Counted from the first letter of the stretch, positions 1 to 9,393 are shown. The stretch: 30,756 bases of DNA from Verrucomicrobiota bacterium (GCA_038214755.1 JBBQRQ010000061.1:1-30756), one strand, 5' to 3'. Numbers and translations are program-made. Notes: a model not told the origin generated them from the letters alone.

Positions 1-173
1 GGTCTTCGCCATCATTCACATAGAAACATTGCCTCTGGCTGTTTTTTCTGTCCAGCAATGGTTTTACGCCCCCCCAATGGTATGGCCAGATGCAACTCTA
101 ATAAGTGACCGGCCCACCCCGGTCTCTTATTTGTTTGAAGGCGGGTCACTCTCTCTATTTCTTTGTCGCGCGA

Positions 174-317
174 AATCGTGATGGCGGAAACGGCGCCATT
201 GAGCTCCAGGACCTTGCCGAAGGAAAGTTTCACGTTGGCAGTCGCGCCCTTGACGTTCGCGGCGGCGATCAGCACCACCGGCCGGCCATGGTCCACCTCC
301 TCAGTCTCATGCCCGCC
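174..317 (-). pseudogene. Possible internally deleted remnant of a PVC-group hypothetical protein
   Basis: Inside ORF 12..422(-), GGHETEEVDHGRPVVLIAAA is joined directly to NVKGATANVKLSFGKVLELNGAVSAITI. From memory these resemble the N- and C-terminal blocks of a planctomycete/verrucomicrobial hypothetical family. The flanking ORF sequence looks non-coding. Not verified by search. Confidence 0.3.
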
Positions 318-463
318 GGGTGGCGGCGTGGAGGCAACTCGCCGCCAGCAACAAGGAGGCGACACGTTTTCCAACCAATTGAAATTTTGACAGCATGGTT
401 TGAGCGAACAGAATAGGGGCAATCCAACATTCCGCCATTATTTTTTTTAGTGTGCGATGACTC

Positions 464-491
464 TTGACTTGATTAAGGCTCTTGATAATGT
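464..491 (+). promoter_or_regulatory. Candidate sigma70-type promoter upstream of the PEP-CTERM gene
   Basis: TTGACT (464-469)-N16-TAATGT (486-491) in an AT-rich intergenic stretch; the -10 match is weak. Confidence 0.25.
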
Positions 492-582
492 CGCCCCCAA
501 CGTGACCCCCAACCATCACTGCCAGTGCTGCGGTGTATTTTCTGAGCCGTCAGAAAGCGCCTCACAATAACCACTAAATATT

Positions 583-1542
583 ATGTGCCATACCAATGCT
601 GAATCAGCCGGGCGGGTTTCCATCCAAGAGTCCAACCTCTTGAAAAATCCAAGTCCTTTTGGAAAAGGGATTCCAACCACAACTCCTGCCTCCGGCAAAG
701 TTTGCCTGAAGATGCTGCCGCTGCTGCTCCTGGTCGTCCTGTTCTCTTGGGCAGTGCCATTGAGCTACGCGCAACTCCCTTACGTGCAGGATTTCGACGT
801 TATGGGATCCGCTGGCACGACGCTGCCGTCCGGTTGGTTCGCAGGCTATCTGGGCACCGAAAGTTCTGTGAACCGTGCGGTCATGACGCCCTACGCCGGA
901 AACGGCTCGAATATTACCGCTATGCCGGTGGTCGTGAGCGATGGCAGCGCCCTTCCCACTCCCAATGTAGGAACGGTTTTCAACCTGGGGACGGCGGGAA
1001 GTTCCGACCGGGCCTTGGGCAACTACCCACGAACGACTCCCTCCGGCGACCAGATTATGCAAGTCGCCATCCAGAACAACACGGGCGGCTCACTGGCTGC
1101 GATACAGATGAACTATTTTGGTGAACAATGGCGCCAGTCCCAAGGGACATCTTCGAGTGGACCGGAAATGCTGAGGGTTTTGGCCAGCACGACATCTTCC
1201 ACTGACGGGTTCACGTATTTCCCAAGTCTGGATTTTGTTGCCCCGAGGCAAACAACGGCCGATGCGCCGGTCGGCGGATTGGATGGCAACCTTGCGGCCA
1301 ATCGGGTGTTTGTCAGCGGCACCATCACGTTTCCGACCGCAGTTCCCAACGGAGGCACATTTTATGTCCGCTGGCATGATTGGAATGACAACGGCACTTC
1401 TGACCACTTCCTGGCAATAGACAACGTCCAAATCGCCGCCGTTCCCGAGCCGGGGACGTTGTCCATGTTGGTGCTGGGCCTGGGCGCTCTCGTCGGTTGG
1501 CGGAAGCGGCTCGGTCTGTCGCGGCCCGCCCCAGGAACATAG
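583..1542 (+). CDS. PEP-CTERM sorting domain surface protein
   Basis: C-terminus VPEPGTLSMLVLGLGALVGWRKR (PEP motif, TM helix, basic cluster) and a hydrophobic signal LLLLVVLFSWAVPLSYA. True start may be TTG 640 or ATG 712. Confidence 0.92.
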   Translation: MCHTNAESAGRVSIQESNLLKNPSPFGKGIPTTTPASGKVCLKMLPLLLLVVLFSWAVPLSYAQLPYVQDFDVMGSAGTTLPSGWFAGYLGTESSVNRAVMTPYAGNGSNITAMPVVVSDGSALPTPNVGTVFNLGTAGSSDRALGNYPRTTPSGDQIMQVAIQNNTGGSLAAIQMNYFGEQWRQSQGTSSSGPEMLRVLASTTSSTDGFTYFPSLDFVAPRQTTADAPVGGLDGNLAANRVFVSGTITFPTAVPNGGTFYVRWHDWNDNGTSDHFLAIDNVQIAAVPEPGTLSMLVLGLGALVGWRKRLGLSRPAPGT

Positions 1543-1760
1543 CCTGACCCTTCTCGGGGGGCATTTTCGATCGCGTCCCCTACAGTCCAATTGGTCGTGC
1601 TGCTTGGTCAAAAGCCCATTGCCGGATGAAACAGACACCCGTCGCTCGTTCGCCCGGTGCTGCTCTTGAGGAAGCGACGGCATTAGCTCACGAAACGAGA
1701 CGAACGTAAAGCGGCAAGATGCCATCGAAAACTTTCAAACTTCCGTCACGAGTTCACCGC

Positions 1761-3134
1761 TCAATCGAAGAGATGACCGCGATTGAAGCGCCAGATGGCT
1801 ACGGTCATAACGCCCGCTGTGAAGGCCACGAGAACACCAATCGTCGGGAGGATTTCCAAGAGGGAGTTTCCAGCCCAGAGCACCTGTGCGAAGCCTTCCA
1901 TGCTCCAGTAAACCAAGGTGAACTTGGCGATGGTCTGCATGAACGCAGGCATGAAGCTGATGGGGAACCACGCTCCGCCAGTCGCCGCCATCGTGAGCGT
2001 TAGGAATGTCGCAAGCCCGTTGGCGGCGGCTGCGGTGGGTGAGACGGCGGCGAGCAGCATTCCGAACGCAGTGCAAGCGGCGGCCGCCGACACGCACACG
2101 ACGAGGAGATTGCCGAAATGCGCAAAAACATCGATGCCGTAGAGGACGCGGCCGGCGCAAAAGAGCGTGATGAGTTGCACCAGTCCGAGACTCACGCCCC
2201 AAAAAAATTTACTCCACAAAATTTGCGAACGGCGCACCGGAGCGGAGAGCAGGCGGGCAAAGAGACCGGCCTTTTTCTCCTCGAAGAGCGACATCGCTGA
2301 GTGGCTCAGGCTGAACATCAGGAACATCAGCGCCCAGCCCCCGACGACGCGAGTGGCGGCGGGGCTTTTCACGTTGACCCCGACCACCTGCTCACTGTCA
2401 ATTTTCACAATGCGGGAAAAGAAATCTTCACCTGCCTTCGATTTCTCCGCCGGCTTTTCCGGAGCTGCGGGATCGGCGGGTTTTTCCGTTTCGCCGTCGC
2501 GCTGGCCCAGGCCGAAATCGCCAGACTCGATGCTGCGTTGAATGGCTTCCTTGTTTCCGCCGAACGTGCTGCTGACCGCTTCTGCAATGGCACCGTTGAA
2601 CTGTTGAAGGCGCGAATCTCCCAGAAATTTTTTCGCGCGCGCTTGTAGAGACTGGCCGAGCAACTCGGGAACATTCGAGAAAATGGTTTTCTGCAGGAGG
2701 CCGTTGACGGTCTGCGTCTCGATCTCATTGAGCGGGTCGGAGAGGATTTTCAAACGAAGACCGATGCCCTCGGCGGGGATCAGGTCCTTTGGGATAACGA
2801 CGGCGAAACGGAACTTCCGGTCGTGGATCATTGGGCGTAGGTCGGCCTCGGTCAGCAGACGTGTGGTCTTGTCCGGGTTGACGAAATTAGTGAGGACCTG
2901 GAAGGACTTCTCGGCCTTGAGGGCCTCCACCAATTTCTGCGCGGCAGGGTTGTCGCTTTCGTTGACCACGGCCAGACGGATGCCATTCGGGCCGGAGTCC
3001 TTTTGGTTGAGGCCGAAGACCAGACCGAAAATGTAAATAAGCGCAATGGGAACAAGGAAGGTGAGTGAGACCGCGGCCTTGTCCCTGCGAAAATTGGCGA
3101 AGTCCTTTTTGAAGAGTGTGAGAATCGTGCGCAT
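1761..3134 (-). CDS. ABC-2 type exporter permease
   Basis: N-terminal TM helix, large extracytoplasmic loop and five C-terminal TM helices; EEKKAGLFARLLSAPV matches the ABC-2 'E...G...RL...P' motif; 9 nt downstream of the ATPase gene. Confidence 0.92.
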   Translation of the reverse strand: MRTILTLFKKDFANFRRDKAAVSLTFLVPIALIYIFGLVFGLNQKDSGPNGIRLAVVNESDNPAAQKLVEALKAEKSFQVLTNFVNPDKTTRLLTEADLRPMIHDRKFRFAVVIPKDLIPAEGIGLRLKILSDPLNEIETQTVNGLLQKTIFSNVPELLGQSLQARAKKFLGDSRLQQFNGAIAEAVSSTFGGNKEAIQRSIESGDFGLGQRDGETEKPADPAAPEKPAEKSKAGEDFFSRIVKIDSEQVVGVNVKSPAATRVVGGWALMFLMFSLSHSAMSLFEEKKAGLFARLLSAPVRRSQILWSKFFWGVSLGLVQLITLFCAGRVLYGIDVFAHFGNLLVVCVSAAAACTAFGMLLAAVSPTAAAANGLATFLTLTMAATGGAWFPISFMPAFMQTIAKFTLVYWSMEGFAQVLWAGNSLLEILPTIGVLVAFTAGVMTVAIWRFNRGHLFD

Positions 3135-3143
3135 GGCGGGTGT

Positions 3144-4061
3144 TCATTCGCGGAGCGTGCGGCCCGTGAGGTGAAGAAAAAGCGATTCCAACGTCGGGCG
3201 GGCGCTTGCGAAAAGACGGGGAGAAAGCGCGTGACCTTCAGCCAACGCGTGAAAGGAGGACATCTTGAAACCGTCATGCGCGCGGAAGCGGTGCGTCCCG
3301 TCGGCGGTGGCAAGCTCGCCGTGCGCGGCGAGTTGGGCGGCAAACGCGGCGGTCGCGGAGGTGGCAGGGAATGTAATCTCGTCGGTGAACGGAAGCTTGG
3401 TGAGTAATTCGTCGAGGGTGCCAAGGGCGTGGATTTTGCCGTGGTCAATGATGCCGATGCGCGAGCAGAGGCGAGTGGCCTCCTCCATGTAGTGCGTGGA
3501 GTAGATGATGGTCAGGCCGTCGCGGTTGCGCGCTTCGAGGAAGTCGAAGATGGCGTTGCGCGACTGCGGGTCAACGCCGACGGTCGGCTCGTCACAGAGG
3601 AGAAGCTTCGGGCGATGGAGGAGCGAGGCAACGAGGTTGAGGCGGCGCGCCATCCCGCCGGAAAAGTTTTTCACCGGATCGTGGCGGCGGTCGGCGAGTT
3701 GGACAGCTTCAAGTGCTTCGTCAATGCGGCTTGTGAGGTCGGCACCGCGGAGGCCGTAGAGTTCGCCGAAGATTTTCAGATTCTGCCCGGCATCGAGATC
3801 CTCGTAGAGCGCCACGGATTGCGGGACGAGTCCGAGCGCGGTGCGGGTGGAGGGATCGGCGGACGTGATGGCTGCGCCGTCGAGCGTCAGCGTGCCAGCA
3901 TCGGGCGAGCGGAGGCCGGCCACGAGCGACATGACGGTGGACTTGCCGGCACCGTTGGGGCCAAGGAGGCCGAAGAATTCGCCGCGCGCGATGTGGAGCG
4001 AAACCGCGTCAAGCGCGGTGATCGCGCCGTAGCGTTTGGTGACGGAGCGGAGTTCAAGCAT
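3144..4061 (-). CDS. ABC transporter ATP-binding protein (ABC-2/drug-exporter type)
   Basis: Walker A GPNGAGKST, signature FSGGMARR, Walker B LLLCDEPT, H-loop STHYMEEA, C-terminal TLESLFLHLTG. Confidence 0.96.
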   Translation of the reverse strand: MLELRSVTKRYGAITALDAVSLHIARGEFFGLLGPNGAGKSTVMSLVAGLRSPDAGTLTLDGAAITSADPSTRTALGLVPQSVALYEDLDAGQNLKIFGELYGLRGADLTSRIDEALEAVQLADRRHDPVKNFSGGMARRLNLVASLLHRPKLLLCDEPTVGVDPQSRNAIFDFLEARNRDGLTIIYSTHYMEEATRLCSRIGIIDHGKIHALGTLDELLTKLPFTDEITFPATSATAAFAAQLAAHGELATADGTHRFRAHDGFKMSSFHALAEGHALSPRLFASARPTLESLFLHLTGRTLRE

Positions 4062-4290
4062 GTGGAAAGCGGGAAACGGTTTATCTAAACCTGCGTTTGG
4101 TGCTCCGCGGCTGTTGCAGGATGGGTGTTCGTCAGAACTGAGAGGAATTTGCCTCTGACGCTCCGCGCGGAGACGGAGAATTGCTTTTCGTTACTGTTCA
4201 TTTCAGGCGAGACTACGCCTGCCAAACCCGTCGTCAAGGAGGCTCTTCGATTCGGAAACAATCGGGCGCATTTTGACATCACCACCAACG

Positions 4291-4373
4291 TAGTGGGGCA
4301 AACCTTTTGTCTGCCAGCCCCGGGGTTCGCCGGCAAGATGCCCGCTCCGACCGGCTGGAAGCCTGCCCCACTA
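4291..4373. repeat. REP-like imperfect inverted repeat (TAGTGGGGCA...TGCCCCACTA)
   Basis: Perfect 10 bp terminal inverted repeat with degenerate inner arms (aaccttttgtctgcc vs ggctggaagcc); intergenic. Confidence 0.6.
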
Positions 4374-4454
4374 ATGATTGGAATTTAAGCCGAGAAATTT
4401 GCCAGCGCGTCTTTGTCCCGGTGCGCGCGAATACTGATTCTCCGTCAATCTGGA

Positions 4455-6365
4455 TCAAGGAAAAATCAGTCGGTAAAATTTATTTCCATTCGTCGCCGAA
4501 TTGGTGAGGTAAAGCTGGCTGCCGATAGTTGCAGGCGTGCCGCCGACCGCGGTCCAGTTGTTTGATGCCGAAAGGTTCGTCACGAATTGCAAACGGAAAC
4601 CCGCTGCGTCCGTGGGCCAGGAGAGCACGACATTGCTGCTTGCGCGCTGGATGCTCAATAGCGGGCTTGTCGGCTGAATCTCATATGCGCCGATATCGCT
4701 CCCATCGCCTCCGCTCGCGTTTGTGATTGAAGCAAAATTCCAAGGCCGGCCCATGCCTCGCTGATCGGTGATAAATCCGAAACTTTTTCCTTTGTCGATG
4801 GCCGGACTGCCGGCGGACAACGCCATGGTGAAGGTCGGCCCGCCATTATCCTGCAACGGACCGAGCAGAGGATTCTGACCGATTACGTTGTTGGTCGTCG
4901 TCCCGGAGATGGTGCAACCGTTGGTGTTTTGAATCAGGTTGTAATCACTGGAGTAGAAAGTGCCGCTGCAATCGGGACCGTCGCCGGGCGCGCTGTTGCC
5001 GGAGAGAATTGTATTATCCAGTTGGGCGCTGCTCGCGTAAAGGCCGCCGCCGTAATCCGCCTGGTTGTTCGCCACCGTACTGTGGCGCACGAAAAGGAAA
5101 GTGCCGTTGTCGAAAATCCCACCGCCGAAATCAAACGGACTTCCATTGGCTGAATTGCCGGCCACGGTGCAAGTCAGCAGGGTGAGATCTAGTTCGTTGT
5201 AGATGCCGCCGCCGCTGCCACCACCCGGACCCGCCGGGCCAGTGCCCGCCGTCGCGTTATTGCCGCTAAAAGTGCAGCGAGTGAAAGTCGCCACGCCGAA
5301 AATGTAGGCCCCCCCGCCCCACCCTTGACCACCCATGCCATGATTGCCGCCAGGGTCCGTACCGCCGTCACCGCCGGTGGCGGAATTGTTGAGGAAACTA
5401 CACTCGGTTGCGGTCAGGATTCCGATGTTGCAAAGACCGCCTCCCAATCCATTCCCGCCGCCTCCGGCAAAGTTGGGACCATCTCCACCTCGACCACCTT
5501 TCACTGCGTTGTTGCTGAGGATGCAGCCGGTCAGCGTGAGGGTGGCTTCGTTCATGATTCCGCCGCCACGTTGTTTAGTGCCGTCTGTCTCGGGCAAGGC
5601 AGTGCTGCCGACGAGCCGGCCATCACGGATGGACAATCCTGAAATCGTGTTCGAGCCGCCGAGGAGGTTGAAGACGCGGCCCGTGTTATTGCCACTGATA
5701 GCGAGGACCTTTGCGCCGGGACCCATTATGTTCACGCTTTTGGTAATGGCCAGCTCGCCGCTCGTAAGGGTGATTGTGTTGGTCACATTGGAGGCAAAGG
5801 AGATTACGGGATTGGTCAGCGATTCCGCGTTGAAGAGAACCTGGCGCAACGAGCCAGCGCCGGCATTGTTCGTGGTCGTGACTATCAATGAGGTGACGGC
5901 GGACGTGAGAACCGTTAAGGTCGCCACGACGCTAGTTACGGAACCAGAGGTGTTGCTGGCGACTACGGTGTAGTTGCCTGCGTGGTTGGTCTGGACGTTG
6001 GCGATGGTGTAGTTCGCAGTCGAGGCTCCGTTAAGGTTTCCACCGTTCAGACGCCATTGGTAAGTTGGCGCGGGATTGCCGCTCGCAATGGAAGAAAAGG
6101 TGACGCTGCTGCCAACGAAACGGGTTTGACTCTGTGGTTGTGTCGTAAACTTGGGTTCAGGCGTGCAAGGTCCAACGGTCGCTCCATTCGCCGTGTACCT
6201 TGCTTGCAGATAAAACGGAACCTGAATAGTGCGACCTCGGAAACACAGGGTCACGAGTTGATCCCCTTGTGCAGAAGCTTCTTGAGGCGACACCATGAAC
6301 CATGCTGCCATGAGGAGCACCAACACCATGTGGATTCTCAAAAACGAACCGGCGTGCTGTTTCAT
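4455..6365 (-). CDS. Secreted surface protein: Ig-like domain, Gly/Asn-rich beta-helix repeats, choice-of-anchor Q-like domain and C-terminal FYR domain
   Basis: Signal peptide (..QEASA); Ig domain (FTTQPQSQT..YQWRLNG..GNYTVVASN); TTNNAGAGSLRQ motif; GGG[IL]xN repeats; LGPLQDNGGPTFTMALSAGSPAIDKG...DQRG...DIGAYE; ends NKFYRLIFP. Confidence 0.88.
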   Translation of the reverse strand: MKQHAGSFLRIHMVLVLLMAAWFMVSPQEASAQGDQLVTLCFRGRTIQVPFYLQARYTANGATVGPCTPEPKFTTQPQSQTRFVGSSVTFSSIASGNPAPTYQWRLNGGNLNGASTANYTIANVQTNHAGNYTVVASNTSGSVTSVVATLTVLTSAVTSLIVTTTNNAGAGSLRQVLFNAESLTNPVISFASNVTNTITLTSGELAITKSVNIMGPGAKVLAISGNNTGRVFNLLGGSNTISGLSIRDGRLVGSTALPETDGTKQRGGGIMNEATLTLTGCILSNNAVKGGRGGDGPNFAGGGGNGLGGGLCNIGILTATECSFLNNSATGGDGGTDPGGNHGMGGQGWGGGAYIFGVATFTRCTFSGNNATAGTGPAGPGGGSGGGIYNELDLTLLTCTVAGNSANGSPFDFGGGIFDNGTFLFVRHSTVANNQADYGGGLYASSAQLDNTILSGNSAPGDGPDCSGTFYSSDYNLIQNTNGCTISGTTTNNVIGQNPLLGPLQDNGGPTFTMALSAGSPAIDKGKSFGFITDQRGMGRPWNFASITNASGGDGSDIGAYEIQPTSPLLSIQRASSNVVLSWPTDAAGFRLQFVTNLSASNNWTAVGGTPATIGSQLYLTNSATNGNKFYRLIFP

Positions 6366-6475
6366 CTTCGGACGTTGAGCTTTTCCCGACGAGTTGTCGA
6401 GCGTGTTTTGGGAACCGAAACGGACTAAACCTGATTGGTGCGCGGCTTTTTCTTCGCTTACTTCGTCTTATCTTT

Positions 6476-7873
6476 TCATCCGCCCAGTGATGACGGATCG
6501 CTCACATCGCCTTTGTTAAAATCAACGTAATCTTCCGTCAAATCGGCGGCGTAAAGAATCGCGCTGGCTTTACCGAGGTTTAAGTTGATGTGCAGATCAA
6601 ATTCTTTTTGTGCAACCACTTTGCACAATGTTTTGAAAAAAGTTTTCGTTGGCTGCCCGCGTTTTAAAGAGAACAAAAGTTTTTTACTGCCGGGCGCGCT
6701 GTAGGCCACATCAATTTTTTCTTCGACAATTTTTGCGGAACAATAGCCGAGCGCCCCGATGATTCTTCCCCAATTTGGGTCACCACCGTGCCAGCTTGTT
6801 TTCACGAGGGCACTGTTGCCAACAGCCCGCGCTGCGGCGTCGGCCTCCGCAAAAGTCTTTGCGCCAGTCACGCGCACCGTCACAAAACGCGAAACGCCTT
6901 CCCCATCGCGCACGATCATTTTGGCGAGTTCGAGACAAACGTGGTTCAGCGCGGATTGGAAAATCGTGAATCGTGAAGCGTGAAGCGTGAAGCGTGAGTT
7001 CTTCGCCAAGCCGTTCGCCAAAATTAAAACCGTGTCGTTGGTGCTCATGTCACCATCGACGGTGATGCGGTTGAAACTTTGCGCGACGGCTTCGGTGAGC
7101 GCGGTTTGCAAAATTTTTTGTTCGACTGCGGCATCGGTCGTGATGAAACAAAGCATCGTCGCGTGCAAACTCTGAGGCGTAGCGGCGGGGCGCGCGCCGG
7201 TTGTGCTCATGCCGGGCTGAATCATTCCCGCGCCTTTGCAAACGCCGCCGATGCGAACGGTTTTTCCGTCGATGACAAATTCCACCGCGATTTCTTTTGG
7301 ACGCGTGTCGCTGGTCATGATGGCTTCGGCGACGTGATGGGCGTTTTCTTCCGAGTCATTTAGCAATTGAGTGGCGGACAAAATTCCTCGTTTCACATTG
7401 GCCATGGGAAGGACGACGCCGATTCGCCCGGTCGATGCGACAAAAATTTTCTCAGCGGAAATTTTCTTGTAGCGGTCTGTGACCGTCGGTGAATTTTTAT
7501 TTTTCAAAAGGCGGCGGCCACAGACCGCCGCTACAGCTTGTGCGACGATCTTCGTCATGGATTTTGCGTCGCGAATTCCTTGCGCACCGGTGCAGGCATT
7601 GGCATTTCCAGAATTCACCACGATGGCTTGGGCGACGCCTTTTTTGATTCGCTCCATGCAAACTTTCACCGGCGCGGCGCAAACCTGGCTCGTCGTAAAC
7701 ATCCCTGCCACGGTCGCGGGCGCCTCGGAAACAATCAGCGCAAGATCGCGTTTTTTTCCTTTGTTGGAACCTTTGCCAGTGCCGAGACGTTTGATGTCGC
7801 AAAAAATTCCGGCGGCGAGAAAACCTTTTGGCGCGGTAATGGAGCCAGCAATTGATTTGAACGAAATTTTCAT
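6476..7873 (-). CDS. argJ: Bifunctional ornithine acetyltransferase / N-acetylglutamate synthase ArgJ
   Basis: Motifs NSGNANACTG, ASTGRIG, AIMTSDT, KGAGMI, ATML (Thr nucleophile), ITVDGDMSTND, IVRDGEG, DPNWGRI. Start taken as ATG 7873 (MKISF); the ORF extends to 7903. Confidence 0.96.
   Translation of the reverse strand: MKISFKSIAGSITAPKGFLAAGIFCDIKRLGTGKGSNKGKKRDLALIVSEAPATVAGMFTTSQVCAAPVKVCMERIKKGVAQAIVVNSGNANACTGAQGIRDAKSMTKIVAQAVAAVCGRRLLKNKNSPTVTDRYKKISAEKIFVASTGRIGVVLPMANVKRGILSATQLLNDSEENAHHVAEAIMTSDTRPKEIAVEFVIDGKTVRIGGVCKGAGMIQPGMSTTGARPAATPQSLHATMLCFITTDAAVEQKILQTALTEAVAQSFNRITVDGDMSTNDTVLILANGLAKNSRFTLHASRFTIFQSALNHVCLELAKMIVRDGEGVSRFVTVRVTGAKTFAEADAAARAVGNSALVKTSWHGGDPNWGRIIGALGYCSAKIVEEKIDVAYSAPGSKKLLFSLKRGQPTKTFFKTLCKVVAQKEFDLHINLNLGKASAILYAADLTEDYVDFNKGDVSDPSSLGG
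6962..6996. repeat. Heptamer tandem repeat (AA[T/G]CGTG)x5 inside argJ
   Basis: aatcgtg aatcgtg aagcgtg aagcgtg aagcgtg; translated on the minus strand as SRFTLHASRF. Confidence 0.85.
7469..7534. repeat. GTAG-type REP palindrome pair inside argJ coding sequence
   Basis: gtagcgg---tctgtgaccgtcg ... cggcggccacagaccgccgctac with an AT-rich spacer; translated as VAAVCGRRLLKNKNSPTVTDRY. Confidence 0.8.
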
Positions 7874-7962
7874 TGGAAAAATTCTGAGGGCGAACGGAAA
7901 CATTTTGGAGAATCGATGTCAACGCGGACAAGTTCGCAGGGATAATTTCCACTGGCGGTCAC

Positions 7963-8113
7963 GTAGCGCAGGATTGCGTCCTGCTGTATCGCTGGTTTGC
8001 AACCGGCTGAACGTCGCAAATAGAGAAAGTCTTTAGTTTTCGAAAGCCTCTCGTTCTGGCGGCATCTCGCCGGTTGAAAACCAGCGATACAGCAGGATGC
8101 AATCCTGCGCTAC
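7963..8113. repeat. GTAG-type REP doublet (REPIN/BIME-like), 45 bp arms
   Basis: gtagcgcaggattgcgtcctgctgtatcgctggtttgcaaccggc (7963-8007) and its inverse at 8069-8113 with 2 mismatches. Confidence 0.9.
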
Positions 8114-8214
8114 AACTGACCAACTGACCGCCAGTTTAAATCACACCCAACCTCGAGTGTGATCGCATCTCGCGCGCTGGAGTTGGCGCGGTCTAAAAAA
8201 ATTCCGTTTAATTT

Positions 8215-9342
8215 TCACTGACCTCCCTCGCGATTTAATTTTTTGTCCAGCCAATCGAGAGTTTTTTTCCACATCTCAGGCGAGTAGGAATGGCCCAGCC
8301 CAGGATAGACTTCGTTCTGAAAATTTTCTTCCGCGCGGTAAAGTTGATAAATCGGTTTCACCCGCGCTTCGATTTCTCGAATGCCATCCACCGGCGACCC
8401 GCGATCTTCATCGCCCGTCATAAATAAAACAGGACGTGGCGCCATCAAGGCCATCACCGCCTCCGTATCAAAATGATTCAATATCCCCGGCACAAAATAA
8501 TAAATTCCATGCTTCGGCAGCGCATCATGCGCCATTAAATTGTGGTAGCGCGTCATGCATGCGACCGGCACGGCGGTTTTGATCCGGTCATCCAGCGCCA
8601 TCAGCCACCAGGCGCGAGTCGCGCCCATGCTCATGCCGGTGACGCCGATGCGCCGCGCGTCCACTTCCTGTCGCGAAGCGAGATAATCAAGGGCCATCAA
8701 ATCATCCCGCAAAATCATTCCCCAAAGCGTGCGACCGAACCACAAGTTGAACTTGCTCGCGCTCATCTCGCCGCTCGAACCTTTGTCATCGGGACCCGCC
8801 GGACCCTGGCCGTTGCGCTCGCCAAAACAATAAGCGTCAATCGCCATCACGACGTAACCGCGTTTTACCAGAGTGGGGCCGGGCGGCTCCGGCGTGTGTT
8901 TTGCCTGGAACAATTCTTCTTTGCCGAGGTCGTATTCGCCGCCGTGCCAGTGGCAATACAAAATCGCCGGCGATTTTTTCGCACGATTTTTTGGCAACAA
9001 AATATATCCGGGGACGCTGGCTCCGGCCCGATTGTCGAATTGAAATTTTTCCAGAATAAAATCGCCGCAGTCCTCGTGGGACAACATTTTGACCTTCGAT
9101 ATTTTTGGCCGGGGCGGAAGTTTTCCGAGCAGTTGGGAAAGTTCTTCACGAATTTCCGTCCGCTTTTTTTCCCACGCTAATTTTGTCCGGGGCACCACGA
9201 ACTCGGGGACAGGCGGCGAATTTTCCAGCCATCGTGAGCCTTCGCTTTGATTGGTTTGAGCCATAGAAAATTTTTCTCCTGACAGCAGAACAATGGCAAA
9301 TGCCACGAGTGAAACGCGAATAATTTTAAAAAATGGAATCAT
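8215..9342 (-). CDS. Alpha/beta hydrolase (dienelactone hydrolase / acetylxylan esterase-like), probably secreted
   Basis: Nucleophile elbow GMSMG, candidate Asp in GDEDRGSP and His in GLGHSY; N-terminal hydrophobic signal-like segment. Confidence 0.88.
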   Translation of the reverse strand: MIPFFKIIRVSLVAFAIVLLSGEKFSMAQTNQSEGSRWLENSPPVPEFVVPRTKLAWEKKRTEIREELSQLLGKLPPRPKISKVKMLSHEDCGDFILEKFQFDNRAGASVPGYILLPKNRAKKSPAILYCHWHGGEYDLGKEELFQAKHTPEPPGPTLVKRGYVVMAIDAYCFGERNGQGPAGPDDKGSSGEMSASKFNLWFGRTLWGMILRDDLMALDYLASRQEVDARRIGVTGMSMGATRAWWLMALDDRIKTAVPVACMTRYHNLMAHDALPKHGIYYFVPGILNHFDTEAVMALMAPRPVLFMTGDEDRGSPVDGIREIEARVKPIYQLYRAEENFQNEVYPGLGHSYSPEMWKKTLDWLDKKLNREGGQ

Positions 9343-9393
9343 ATTTTTTCGAGAGTATGCCGCTCAACCGATTCGCGTATCCCTTGCCGCCGC

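Noticed and set aside
1545..1567. Hairpin plus T-run after the PEP-CTERM gene as an intrinsic terminator
   Set aside because: The stem is short and mismatched and is followed by only four Ts.
4085..4201. 38 aa ORF (MNSNEKQFSV...) upstream of the ABC ATPase as an exported peptide or RiPP precursor
   Set aside because: No recognisable leader motif, no modifying enzymes and no independent coding evidence.
7874..7922. Perfect TTGACA on the minus strand upstream of argJ as a promoter
   Set aside because: No acceptable -10 hexamer at 16-18 nt spacing.
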